Shown: positions 39,118 through 48,535, numbered from the stretch's first letter. The stretch: DNA of 50,187 nucleotides from Actinomycetota bacterium (GCA_036788155.1 DAIQNY010000001.1:1-50187), one strand, 5' to 3'. The notes: generated from the sequence alone by a model not told the origin. Made by a program: numbers and translations.

Positions 39118-41183
39118 GTCGCCACCTTCTTCTTGAGGGACTCGTAGAACATGCTGAGCGGGAACTCGTCATCCAACACCCGGTCTATCCACGCCCGTGG
39201 TTCTGACTCGTCCGAGTAGACACGGGCGCCCTCGCGCCATTGCGACCCCACATTTGGGGTCACGTAGCGCGCGACCAGGTCATGCGCTGCCATCCAGTAC
39301 GTGACCTTGCTCGTGTCGATGCCGTGCCGGTACAGCTCCTCGACCAGTTCCCGCAACTCCAGAACCGCATCCTCCACGCGATCCCAGTCGACCAGCAGGC
39401 GGTTGTCCGTCCACCGGACCACGCCGCGTTCGTGCAGATAACCGAACAACAACTGCCCACCGAGACCGTCGTAGTTGCGTACGCGGTTGCCCGTGATGGG
39501 AAACCGCAGCAGCCGGTCGAACAGGATCGCGTACTGGACGTAGCGCGCGAAGGGAAAGCCGTCGCGCGCCAGTTCACCTGCCGTGCCGTAGGTGGCGAGA
39601 TCCACGCGCAGCTCCTCCAGGGAGTACATCCAGTATGGGAGCCGCTGGCGGATCATGAAGGGGTCGAACGGCAGGTCGCCGTGGCTGTGCCAACGGTCGT
39701 GGATCATGTCCCAAAGGATGTAGGTCTCGAGCGCGAGGTCGGCCGACGACGCGAGGGCCAGCGCGTCCGGAGGGAGGTCGATGGCCAACGCTTCGGCCCC
39801 CTGCAACGTCGCCCTGCGGAAGCGCGCCGATTCGCGGTCGCAGAAGATGGCGCCGAAATGGTTGGTCGGCCGCTCGGCCACGCTGACCGTCTCGGGGAAG
39901 AGTACCGCGCACTCGCTGTCGTACCCCGCCGTGTTGTCCACCAGTTGCACGGGGACGAACTTGGCGTTGTCGTAGAGCTCTCGCTCGATACGCGCCACGA
40001 ACTCCGGCCAGGGGGTGCGCGTGATGAGCGCCTCGAACCGGGTGTCCGGTGAGCCGTTCGGCGTGTAGAGCGGAAACACCACGAGGTTCTCGACACCGTC
40101 CTGACGGTTCAAGTCGGGGCGGAAGAGGTCGAGCGAGCGCCGGAAGTCAGGCTTGCCGCACCCGCTCTCAAGCCACTCCCGGAGATCGACGACCACCTGG
40201 GCGAGGTAGTCCCTCTCGTGCGGGAAGCGCGGTGCAAGCTCCTCGATTGCCTGGACCATGGTCTGCACGAGCGTCTTCACCTCGTCCGCGTCGTGCTGCG
40301 TCAGGTCGACCTCCCCCTTCGGCTGCTGGAGTAGGCGCACTGCGTCTGTGGCCTCCTTCAGGCGCAGCCACGCTGGATCCTGCGCCGCCTCCGAGACGAC
40401 GGGGGTGGCGTCTGCACGGAAGGCAGCCAGTGAAGCCCAGTACACGAGATTCAGCCACAACTGACGATTGTCGCGCCGGCGAAGGTAATCGTCGCCGAAC
40501 AGGTCCGAGTCGGCGACGACCACGACCCTCCCCTCCTCGTAGGTCGTCGCGGCGATCAAGGCGGCGCCCGGTGGGTCGGCGGCCGCTCGCGTGCGCACCA
40601 CGACCGCGCCGGCGTCCTCTACCGAGAGCGCTCCGGCGCGGTAGAACCCGGTCTCCTCGATGCGATGCAGGATGCCCGGCTCGGCTGTCTTCCGCGCCGC
40701 CTCCCCTACGATCCATGACGGCATGCCGTCGTCCGGGATGTACTCGAACGCGATGGTGTTCTCGAACATGATCCCGTACGGTGCGAGCAACTCGTCGAGG
40801 TTGCCGCCGTACTTGTGCTCCTCCTCCTCGCCGAGCACGATCAGACCGCCGCCGCCGGCCACGAAGCCCTGCACGGCGGCTATCTCAGCCGGCGAGAACC
40901 GGGGGGAGCCCCCCACGGTCCTCTCCCACTCCTCGTCGCTCGGGTGAGCGATCACGAGCACCGAAGCACTCGACAGCGTGTCCTCGTCGAGGGGACCATC
41001 CGCCGCGACGGACACATCGAAGTCACGGGCCGAAAGCTCGGCGGCGGCGGCGGCATACGAGGAGGCCGCGGGGTGAGAAGGCCGCATCCGCGCCGCCACC
41101 TCGGGACGGATGGACCACGCCTCGCCGTGGGACTCGTCGAACAGCACCGTTGCCACGGTGCGCTGGTGCAGGCCGTCGATCAT
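39114..41183 (-). CDS. Large two-domain hypothetical protein: N-terminal class-I glutamine-amidotransferase-like fold (no catalytic assignment) + ~430-aa C-terminal domain of unknown function
   Basis: 689 aa from MIDGLHQRT (GGGAGG 6 nt upstream of ATG 41183). The N-domain pattern VLVIAHPSDE...FSPAEIAAVQGFVAGGGGLIVLGEE...VVVVADSDLFGDDYL resembles DUF4350/GldG-like flavodoxin-like folds. The C-domain contains a His-rich stretch WDMIHDRWHSHGDLPFDPF. It may correspond to an actinobacterial DUF family (I recall DUF6421), but this is unverified. Confidence 0.65.
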   Translation of the reverse strand: MIDGLHQRTVATVLFDESHGEAWSIRPEVAARMRPSHPAASSYAAAAAELSARDFDVSVAADGPLDEDTLSSASVLVIAHPSDEEWERTVGGSPRFSPAEIAAVQGFVAGGGGLIVLGEEEEHKYGGNLDELLAPYGIMFENTIAFEYIPDDGMPSWIVGEAARKTAEPGILHRIEETGFYRAGALSVEDAGAVVVRTRAAADPPGAALIAATTYEEGRVVVVADSDLFGDDYLRRRDNRQLWLNLVYWASLAAFRADATPVVSEAAQDPAWLRLKEATDAVRLLQQPKGEVDLTQHDADEVKTLVQTMVQAIEELAPRFPHERDYLAQVVVDLREWLESGCGKPDFRRSLDLFRPDLNRQDGVENLVVFPLYTPNGSPDTRFEALITRTPWPEFVARIERELYDNAKFVPVQLVDNTAGYDSECAVLFPETVSVAERPTNHFGAIFCDRESARFRRATLQGAEALAIDLPPDALALASSADLALETYILWDMIHDRWHSHGDLPFDPFMIRQRLPYWMYSLEELRVDLATYGTAGELARDGFPFARYVQYAILFDRLLRFPITGNRVRNYDGLGGQLLFGYLHERGVVRWTDNRLLVDWDRVEDAVLELRELVEELYRHGIDTSKVTYWMAAHDLVARYVTPNVGSQWREGARVYSDESEPRAWIDRVLDDEFPLSMFYESLKKKVAT

Positions 41184-41312
41184 GGGAGACCTCCCGCCCT
41201 CGAAGATGGACGCACTATGCCAACGCGGCGTGAAAGATCCTGCTGATGAGGTTCTTCCTGAGCCCACCATGCGGCCAAACCAGCCCGCAGTAAGGCGTCC
41301 GGTCGGAAGCGC

Positions 41313-41738
41313 TCAGAGGTCGCAGTTCTTGGTGAGGACGAGCACGGTACCGCCCTCGTCCGGCTTGCGCAGGTCGAAGTCGTCGACCACTGCACGGATG
41401 ATGGAGATGCCCATGCCGCCCTCTGCGAGGTCGATGTCCCCGAGGTGACGGCACTCGGGGCAGTCGTCGTCGTCCTCGTGGAAGCCGCCGCCCTCGTCAC
41501 GGATGAGCACCGTGATGCGGTCGGCGTGCACCGTGAACTCGAGGTGGACCTGACCCTGGTCGTGGTCATACGCGTGGCGTACGGAGTTGGAGCACGCTTC
41601 GGTGAGTGCGAGCTTGAGGTCGGCGACGGCGTCTTCGGAGTACCCGCCACGAGAGCGCAGCAGCCCGGAGAGGGCAAGGCGCCCGAGTGAGACGAACTCA
41701 GCCTTCGCTGGAATGTCGAGCTTCACGTAGTCTTCCAC
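41313..41738 (-). CDS. Anti-sigma-factor-type serine kinase (RsbW/SpoIIAB-like HATPase)
   Basis: 141 aa. LALTEACSNSVRHAY (N-box), IRDEGGGF (G1), GGMGISII (G2). Confidence 0.75.
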   Translation of the reverse strand: MEDYVKLDIPAKAEFVSLGRLALSGLLRSRGGYSEDAVADLKLALTEACSNSVRHAYDHDQGQVHLEFTVHADRITVLIRDEGGGFHEDDDDCPECRHLGDIDLAEGGMGISIIRAVVDDFDLRKPDEGGTVLVLTKNCDL

Positions 41739-41805
41739 GACCGATGAATCCTATCGATTCGGAGGCTGCCAGCCAAATCGTCCGTTCCGCGACCCGCCCC
41801 GGTCA

Positions 41806-42852
41806 CTACTTCACTGAAGTCCGGACGTTCACGTTCTGGCCACACATCGCACAGAATGTTCCCCGCAGGGCCACATCCTCAACCGCGTGGCCGGTCCGGC
41901 GTACGAGCAGCCGCTTACAGTTCGGGCAGATGGTGTTCTCCCCTTCATGTCCAGGAACGTTTCCCACGTAGACGAACTGCAGACCGGCGTCGTAGCCGAC
42001 CTTCGCGGCGTGCTCCAGAGTCGCGATCGGCGTGGGCGGGAGGTGTGCGAACTCAAGGTACGGCATGAAGCGTGTGACGTGCCACGGCGTGTCGGTCCCC
42101 AGGCGGTCGACGATCCACTCGGCTATGCCTCGCAGCGTCCGGTCGTCATCGTTGAACGTCGGGATCACGTTGGTCACGATCTCGACGTGGCACCCGTACT
42201 CCGTCCTGGCCCTCTCGGCCGAAGCCAGGACGGGCGCCATGTCCGGGATGCGGCAGAGTTCCTTGTACTGGGCGTCGCTGAACCCCTTGGCGTCCACCCG
42301 ATACGCGTCGATATGCGGGCCGAGCACGGCCAACGCGTCCTCGGTGATGTAGCCGTTGGTGACCATCACCGTGTACAGACCGTGCTCGTGCGCTGCCTGG
42401 GCGCCGTCCAGGATGTACTCGAGCCAGATCGTAGGCTCGTTGTAGGTCCAGGACACGCCCTGGCACTCATTGTTGCCGGCGAGGACGGCCAGATTGCGCG
42501 TCGGGAGGTCGCGCAGGTCCCTGGTCGCCTCTGACGGGTCGGCATGCGCGATCTGCCAGTTCTGACAGTGCCGGCACGCGAAGTTGCAGCCCACGCTGCC
42601 CAGCGAGAGCACGGTCGTGCCCGGAAAGAAGTGATAGAGCGGCTTCTTCTCGATCGGATCAGCGGCAACGCTGCAGACCTTGGCGTAGGTGATGGCGTAC
42701 AGCACGCCGTCACGGTTGACGCGCGCCCGGCACACACCACTCTTGCCGGGCGCGATCCGGCACAGGCGGGGGCACACGTGGCACTGCACCACGCCCTCGC
42801 CCAGCTCCTCCTGGAGCATCGCCACGTGCCAGTCTTCCACTCCGGCTCCCAT
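41806..42852 (-). CDS. AmmeMemoRadiSam-system-type radical SAM enzyme
   Basis: N-terminal Cys cluster CHVCPRLCRIAPGKSGVCRARVN, then DPIEKKPLYHFFPG, the radical SAM motif GCNFACRHCQNW, and C-terminal CPNC...CAMC. This is collinear with my recollection of the family. ATG 42852 has GGGAGGG 5 nt upstream; the track start is GTG 42858. Confidence 0.75.
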   Translation of the reverse strand: MGAGVEDWHVAMLQEELGEGVVQCHVCPRLCRIAPGKSGVCRARVNRDGVLYAITYAKVCSVAADPIEKKPLYHFFPGTTVLSLGSVGCNFACRHCQNWQIAHADPSEATRDLRDLPTRNLAVLAGNNECQGVSWTYNEPTIWLEYILDGAQAAHEHGLYTVMVTNGYITEDALAVLGPHIDAYRVDAKGFSDAQYKELCRIPDMAPVLASAERARTEYGCHVEIVTNVIPTFNDDDRTLRGIAEWIVDRLGTDTPWHVTRFMPYLEFAHLPPTPIATLEHAAKVGYDAGLQFVYVGNVPGHEGENTICPNCKRLLVRRTGHAVEDVALRGTFCAMCGQNVNVRTSVK

Positions 42853-42854
42853 GG

Positions 42855-43802
42855 TCACCCTCCCGGTCGACGAAGGCCGGCGATGCCGCGCTGGACGCTC
42901 GCGACGAGCGCGGCTTGCAGTTCTGCATTACCCGCTGCGATGGTGGCCATCTGGAACGAGGCGTCAGAACCCAGCACCGGACGGCCGTCGAGCGACTCGC
43001 CGGCCGCATCGGTGAATGGCAAGTCGGCCTCCCTACAGAGCAGATACGCGGCGGCGACATCGTAGGGCGAGTTGCAGAGGACGGCGCCCCGACCGACCCG
43101 GCGGAACTCCGCCTCGGCCCAGGGATGCGCCGCGATGATCGCAGGCCCGATGTCGACGTACGCGTCGAGCTGGCCGGTGAGGATGCGCGTGATCCCGTAG
43201 GTGGCCGAGCCGATGTCGAACACACAGCCACCGACCGACGAGGCGTCGATGAGCTCCTCCAGCGCGCTCGCGAGGATCACCGCGGGCCGGCCGCGGAACC
43301 CCAGCGTCCAGAAGATGCTCTCCAGATCCGCTCGGGGCGTGGGGAGGAAGGGGATCTCGCCCCCGCCCGCCCGTGTCATGCTGAAGCCTTCGTCCTTCTC
43401 GGCGACGAAGAGATCGCCGGTCTTGATCTCCTGGATGACGCCGGCGACCACGTCGCCCATCGCCGGCGCAGGCCCGGGCGGCACCGCAGCGATACTGACG
43501 CAGGCCATCTCGAACCCCGCGGCGGCCGGCCGGGTGCCGTCGATGGGGTCGACGATCAGGATCAGCTCCGGCTCGCTTGCGCCCTGCAGACCGCCGTCCT
43601 CGGAGTAGAAGGCCCACGTCGGCAGCTCCTCCCGCATGTGTTCGGTCAGTAGCGCCTCCGCCTGCTCGTCGATGGCGAACGTCACGTCGCCGCCCACGGC
43701 GACGCCGGCGTGCCCGCGCGCTGCGTGTGTGCCCAGCGAGGGCAGCACCGCGTCGCGGACGCGCCCGCAGAGAGTGACGAGGCTGTCGGTCAGGTCGGTC
43801 AA
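42855..43802 (-). CDS. Inositol monophosphatase / FBPase-family phosphatase
   Basis: 315 aa. Metal-binding motifs FYSEDGG and VDPIDGTRPAA. Confidence 0.8.
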   Translation of the reverse strand: MTDLTDSLVTLCGRVRDAVLPSLGTHAARGHAGVAVGGDVTFAIDEQAEALLTEHMREELPTWAFYSEDGGLQGASEPELILIVDPIDGTRPAAAGFEMACVSIAAVPPGPAPAMGDVVAGVIQEIKTGDLFVAEKDEGFSMTRAGGGEIPFLPTPRADLESIFWTLGFRGRPAVILASALEELIDASSVGGCVFDIGSATYGITRILTGQLDAYVDIGPAIIAAHPWAEAEFRRVGRGAVLCNSPYDVAAAYLLCREADLPFTDAAGESLDGRPVLGSDASFQMATIAAGNAELQAALVASVQRGIAGLRRPGG

Positions 43803-43821
43803 GGGCTCCCGATTGTACCCC

Positions 43822-43830
43822 TGCTATACT
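43822..43830 (+). promoter_or_regulatory. Extended -10-like element TGcTATACT upstream of the small radical SAM gene
   Basis: ctgctatact at 43821-43830, about 70 nt upstream of ATG 43900, in the divergent region shared with the IMPase-family gene. No convincing -35. Confidence 0.3.
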
Positions 43831-43899
43831 CGGACTGCCGACCGGGCGCCCGCAGGCTCGCCCGCCGGCCAGCTCGATGACCACTCTCTCCGCCACTTG

Positions 43900-44556
43900 A
43901 TGATCACGCCGCCCGCCTCCGCGGGGACCGTCGCCTATCGCGCCGGCGACTCCCTGTACCTCAACATCACCAACCGCTGCTCCAGCGCCTGTGACTTCTG
44001 CATCCGCGAATGGGCGGACGGCGTGTTCGGGGAGGACCTCCGCCTCGACCATGAGCCGGACGTCGGGGAGGTCACGCAGGCCATCGAGGTCGCCTTCATG
44101 GATGGTCCCGCCGCCGAGGTCGTCTTCTGCGGGTTCGGCGAGCCGACGCTGCGTCTGGACGTCGTGCTCTCCGTCACCGAGTGGCTGCGGCTGCGGCACA
44201 TCCGGAGCCGGCTCGACACCAACGGGCACGGGCAGCTGCTCAATCCGGATGTGGACGTGGCGGCGGCCCTCGCTGCGGCCGGTCTTGACGCCGTCACCAT
44301 CAGCCTCAACGCAGCGACCCCTGAAGAGTACGACCGTGTCTGCCGCCCCGTGTTCGGCAAGAGCCACAGGGCCGTCCTTCGTTTCGCCGAACAGTGTGGT
44401 GCGCATGGAATGGAGACCACGCTGACCGCCGTCGACTACCCCGGAGCGGACCTGCCCGGCGTCGCCGACATCGCGGCGGCGGTAGGCGCGGGCTTCAGGG
44501 CCCGCGCCTACGCGCCGCCGCGCCCGCGTTCAGCTGCCGAGAAGGGAGACCAGTGA
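43900..44556 (+). CDS. Small radical SAM protein of the TatD-associated type
   Basis: 218 aa from MITPPAS. SLYLNITNRCSSACDFCIR (CxxxCxxC) and FCGFGEPTLRLD. The upstream part of the 306-aa track ORF overlaps the IMPase-family gene on the other strand and was discarded. Confidence 0.65.
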   Translation: MITPPASAGTVAYRAGDSLYLNITNRCSSACDFCIREWADGVFGEDLRLDHEPDVGEVTQAIEVAFMDGPAAEVVFCGFGEPTLRLDVVLSVTEWLRLRHIRSRLDTNGHGQLLNPDVDVAAALAAAGLDAVTISLNAATPEEYDRVCRPVFGKSHRAVLRFAEQCGAHGMETTLTAVDYPGADLPGVADIAAAVGAGFRARAYAPPRPRSAAEKGDQ

Positions 44557-45263
44557 TGGCCGAGTCCGGGGCGCGCATCCTGCTCGTCGACGACGAGGAG
44601 GCGATCCTCAAGCTGTTGCGGTTCCCCCTGGAGAAGGAGGGATACCAAGTCGTCACCGCACGTGACGGCGACGAGGCGCTCGAGACCTTCGCGCGCGAGG
44701 ACTTCGATCTCGTCATCCTCGACATCATGCTCCCACATGTTGATGGGATGGAGGTCTGCCGGCGCATGCGCGCCCAGAGCATCGTGCCCATCATCATGCT
44801 CACGGCCAAGAGCGACGAGTTCGACAAGGTGCTCGGCCTGGAGATCGGCGCCGACGACTACATCACCAAGGACAAGTTCAGCCTGCGTGAGTTCCGGAGC
44901 CGAGTACGGGCACAGCTGCGGCGGGCGGAGATGAGCCGCAGCGCCGACGCGACGAAGAAGGACGTCATCAGGGTCGACGATCTCGAGGTGGACGTCCTCA
45001 AGCGCAACGTCATCGTTCGCGGCGCCAAAGTCGACCTCACGTACATCGAGTTCGAGATCCTCAAGACACTCATCTCGCACCCCGGCCGTGTGTACAGTCG
45101 CCAACTCCTGCTCCAGCTGGTGTGGGGCGACAGCGACTACCGCGACTCGCGCACGGTCGACGTCCATATCCGCCATCTGCGCGAGAAACTCGAGGCCGAC
45201 CCGAAGGATCCCGAGTTCATCTTCACGGTCCGGAACATTGGCTACAAGTTCCGCGAGTTCTGA
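44556..45263 (+). CDS. OmpR/PhoB-family response regulator
   Basis: 235 aa from MAESGARILLVDDEEAI. Receiver Asp in LVILDIMLP. Winged-helix LTYIEFEILKTL ... VDVHIRHLREKLE ... TVRNIGYKF. The ATG overlaps the upstream TGA by 1 nt. Confidence 0.9.
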   Translation: MAESGARILLVDDEEAILKLLRFPLEKEGYQVVTARDGDEALETFAREDFDLVILDIMLPHVDGMEVCRRMRAQSIVPIIMLTAKSDEFDKVLGLEIGADDYITKDKFSLREFRSRVRAQLRRAEMSRSADATKKDVIRVDDLEVDVLKRNVIVRGAKVDLTYIEFEILKTLISHPGRVYSRQLLLQLVWGDSDYRDSRTVDVHIRHLREKLEADPKDPEFIFTVRNIGYKFREF

Positions 45264-45299
45264 GTTGGTGACGGGCGTGCGGCGCCCTCAATCACACTG

Positions 45300-47093
45300 A
45301 TGTTCCGCTCGGTGAAGAACTGGCTCACGCTCCTCATCGTGATCGTCGTGGCGTTCGCGATGCTGGTCGCGTGGGTCTACGTCGTGCCTCCATTGCGCGG
45401 TCGTCTCGTCGAGCAGAAGCTCGCCGATGCACGCGCCAACGCGCAGGTCATCAGCGACACGCTCACAGAGTGGATGGGGTACGACCCCCAGACACTGCAA
45501 CCAAAGATCACCAACGACGAATCACTGGAGAGAACGCTCAGCGGCCTCTCGACACGGCTGGGCGGCCGGACGCTCGTCTACACACGCAACCTCGTATTGC
45601 TCAAGGACTCGGGAAACCAGGCCTCCCCCGACGTCGCGGAGTTCCCGATGCTTGCCCGGGCCATTGAGACCGGGCGCCCGGCGCAGGGGACCGTGACTAC
45701 TCAGGGGGGGCAGGTGGCGGCCACCGCCGTACCTCTCTTCCCGATCGAGGGCCCCAGGACCGTGCTCGCGGTCGTACTCGTCATCTCGTCCCTCGACGAC
45801 GTGGACAACGCGGTGAACGCCGTGCAGCGGCAGCTGCTGTTTGCGACCCTCCTCGCCCTGGCGACCAGCCTCCTGCTCGGCTACATGGCCTCGTACTTCA
45901 TCGCGAGGCGCATCAGGCGGATCGAGCGGAGCGCCGAGCTCATCGCCGGCGGCGATCTCTCGGCCAAGGTGCCCGAGACCGTCGAGGATGAGATCGGACA
46001 GCTCGCCGAGACGTTCAACGTCATGGCGGACAGGCTGAGAAGCGCCTTCGCTCAGGTCGAGTACGAGCGCGATCGCGTCGAGGTACTGCTCAACGACCTG
46101 AGCGAGGGCGTCGTGGGCGTCTCGGCGGACGGCAGAGTGACCATCGCGAACCCGGCCGCGGCCATCCTGCTGGATTCGAGCCGGCTCGTGGGCGAGACAG
46201 TGGACGACGCCCTCCCGGCGGATGTGGCCCAGCTCTGGCGGGCCTCCCAGGAGGACGCGGATTTCGACATGGTGGTCTTCGCGCACGACGACGTCACGCT
46301 GGAGGCGACCACGTATCCGGTGGCCGGAGACGCCGACTTCACCTCGATCGTCGTGCTGCGCGACGTCACCGCGCAGGTGCGGCTGGAGCGCGCCCGGCGC
46401 GACCTCATCGCCAACGCGTCCCACGAGTTCAAGACGCCGCTGTTCTCGCTGGCCGGCTCGCTTGAACTCATCGACGAAGGCGAACTGAGCGCCGAGGAGC
46501 AGCGGGAGTTCCTGCAGATCATGCGCCAACAGGTCGACCGGCTGCGCACCATGGCGGTGAGCATGCTCGACCTCTCCCGCGTCGAAGCGGGCTCGTTCGA
46601 GCTGAATCCGGAGGATGTGGACCTGGTCGCCGTAGGCCGCTCGGTCCTGGACGAGTTCCAGGCGCAGGCGCAGTCCAAGCAGGTCGCGTTGACGTTCGAG
46701 GGTGACGACGGGCAGACCGCGTGGTGCGACGAGCAGCGGCTCGTCCAGGTCCTGCGGGCGCTCATCGACAACGCCATCAAGTACTCGCCTGCCGGCAGTT
46801 CCGTGCGACTGACGTCCGCCCTTGAGGACCAGGATGCCGTCCTAGTCGTCACCGACGACGGTCCCGGCATCTCCCGCAGTGAGCTGCCTCACGTGTTCGA
46901 GCGCTTCCACCGCGGACGTGAGGAGCGCAGTACCACGACGGGAGCAGGCCTGGGACTCTCAATCGCCCATGAGTTGACGGAGATGATGGGCGGGACCATC
47001 TCGGCGGAGTCGCCGGCCGGCGGCGGCGCGCGGTTCACCGTGCGTCTGCCGCGCGCCGCCGGCGTCCGGCGGCGCGCGCGCACCCCCTCCTAG
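45300..47093 (+). CDS. Membrane sensor histidine kinase (2 TM, HAMP, PAS, HisKA, HATPase)
   Basis: 597 aa. HAMP EDEIGQLAETFNVMADRL, PAS LSEGVVGVSADGRVTIANPAA, H-box ANASHEFKTPL, N-box LIDNAIKYSP, G-boxes DDGPGI and GAGLGLSIA. Confidence 0.9.
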   Translation: MFRSVKNWLTLLIVIVVAFAMLVAWVYVVPPLRGRLVEQKLADARANAQVISDTLTEWMGYDPQTLQPKITNDESLERTLSGLSTRLGGRTLVYTRNLVLLKDSGNQASPDVAEFPMLARAIETGRPAQGTVTTQGGQVAATAVPLFPIEGPRTVLAVVLVISSLDDVDNAVNAVQRQLLFATLLALATSLLLGYMASYFIARRIRRIERSAELIAGGDLSAKVPETVEDEIGQLAETFNVMADRLRSAFAQVEYERDRVEVLLNDLSEGVVGVSADGRVTIANPAAAILLDSSRLVGETVDDALPADVAQLWRASQEDADFDMVVFAHDDVTLEATTYPVAGDADFTSIVVLRDVTAQVRLERARRDLIANASHEFKTPLFSLAGSLELIDEGELSAEEQREFLQIMRQQVDRLRTMAVSMLDLSRVEAGSFELNPEDVDLVAVGRSVLDEFQAQAQSKQVALTFEGDDGQTAWCDEQRLVQVLRALIDNAIKYSPAGSSVRLTSALEDQDAVLVVTDDGPGISRSELPHVFERFHRGREERSTTTGAGLGLSIAHELTEMMGGTISAESPAGGGARFTVRLPRAAGVRRRARTPS

Positions 47094-47246
47094 TATCGAC
47101 TGCGGTCACAAGGCTTAAGGAAGTATCCGCGTTGCTTAATGCGGCCGTAGGGGGCAGGTAACGGCCGGACGACATCGTGAAGAGCAGAGACTCGGGGGCG
47201 CCGTCGGGCGGCGCCCTGACGACAAGAGACGCGAAGGGAAGCACAC

Positions 47247-48427
47247 ATGAAGCTCAAAGGGTTCCTGGCTGGCCTCGCCGGTGGAGCCGTAGCCGCCGCC
47301 GTCGTCGTCCTCCTCCTGGTGTTCGTGCTCGATCTCGGGGAAGTCGACCAGCCGGTCGTGCAGGCCGCGGCGGGGACGCCTGCCGTCTCCACCACCCCCT
47401 CGACGGTCGTGAGCGGAGGTGACGGCCTGACCCCCGAGGAGATCTACAGCTCCCTGTCCGGCGGCGTGGTAATGATCCTCTCCGAGTTCGACGGGGTCGG
47501 CCAGTTCGGCCAGAGCGCCCAGGCGCTCGGCACCGGCTTCGTGGTCGACGAGGAGGGCTACGTCCTCACCAATGCCCACGTGGTCGACGAGAATGGCCGG
47601 CGTGCCAGCCGCGTCACCGTGGTGTTCAACCAGGGCGGATCCGAGAGCCAGCGCGTACCCGGACAGCTCGTCGGAGTGGACGTGGGCAGCGACGTGGCAG
47701 TCGTGAAGGTGGATCCGGAAAGGGTGGACCTCAGTCCGCTGCCGCTGGGGATTCCGACAAGGTCGTGGTCGGCGAGCCTGTGGTGGCCATCGGCAATCCG
47801 CTGGGCTATGACTTCTCCATCACGTCCGGCATCGTCTCCGCCACCGGCCGCAGCCTCGAGGCGCCGAACGGCCAGACCATCCCGAACGGCATCCAGACCG
47901 ACGCCGCCATCAACCAGGGCAACTCCGGCGGTCCGCTCATCGATGGGAGCGGACGGGTCATCGGCATCAACGAGCAGATCGCGTCTTCCGGCGGCGGCAA
48001 CGATGGCCTCGGATTCGCGGTGCCCATCAACACCGCGATCCGCTCACTCGAGCAGATCAAGACGAGCGGCAGGGTGACCTATGCCTGGATGGGCGTGAGC
48101 CTCCAGACGCTGACTCCCGACATCGCCGGCATGTTCGACATGGAGACGCAGGGCGGCGCCCTCGTCCAGGCCGTCTCACCGGAGAGCCCCGCGGCCAAGG
48201 CCGGAGTCCGGGGCGGGGACCAGACCGTCACGGTGCAGGGTCAGGAGTTCATCATCGGCGGAGACGTGATCATCAAGGCCGACGACACGGAGATCAGGTC
48301 GGCCGACGACCTCATCGCCTTCCTCGGCACCAAGAAGCCCGGAGACACGATCGGCGTCACCGTGGAGCGAGACGGCAGGACCCAGGACCTGAAGGTCACT
48401 CTGGCGGAGCGACCCAGCGATCTTTGA
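47247..48427 (+). pseudogene. HtrA/DegP-family serine protease (S1C + PDZ), split by an apparent 1-nt deletion in a G-run at 47747-47750
   Basis: ORF 47247-48077 carries the TM anchor and the His/Asp parts (GTGFVVDEEGYVLTNAHVV; DVAVVKV). ORF 47765-48427, in another frame, carries GNSGGPL (Ser) and the PDZ domain. Reading ctg ggg(g) gat tcc gac aag gtc restores the usual LPLGDSDKVVVGEPVVAIGNPLG. Confidence 0.75.
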
Positions 48428-48471
48428 CGTTCGCGACGCGGCGCGAACCCCCTGGCCGCGAACAGGCGCCC

Positions 48472-48507
48472 GGGAGCAGGGACGGCGGTGACGCCGTCCC
48501 TGCTCCC
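48472..48507 (+). terminator. Strong GC hairpin downstream of htrA (probable intrinsic terminator)
   Basis: Perfect 16-bp stem gggagcagggacggcg / cgccgtccctgctccc with loop gtga, followed by actgtttcag and a T7 run 24 nt later. A second 7-bp hairpin (gttcgcg/cgcgaac, 48429-48448) lies right after the stop codon. Confidence 0.55.
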
Positions 48508-48535
48508 ACTGTTTCAGACACACGGCCCACTTTTT

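Noticed and set aside
47094-47246. SigE-type (GGAAC-N16-17-GTT) envelope-stress promoter upstream of htrA.
   Set aside because: GGAAGT is present near 47119-47124, but the downstream CGTT element is at the wrong distance. No supportable match.
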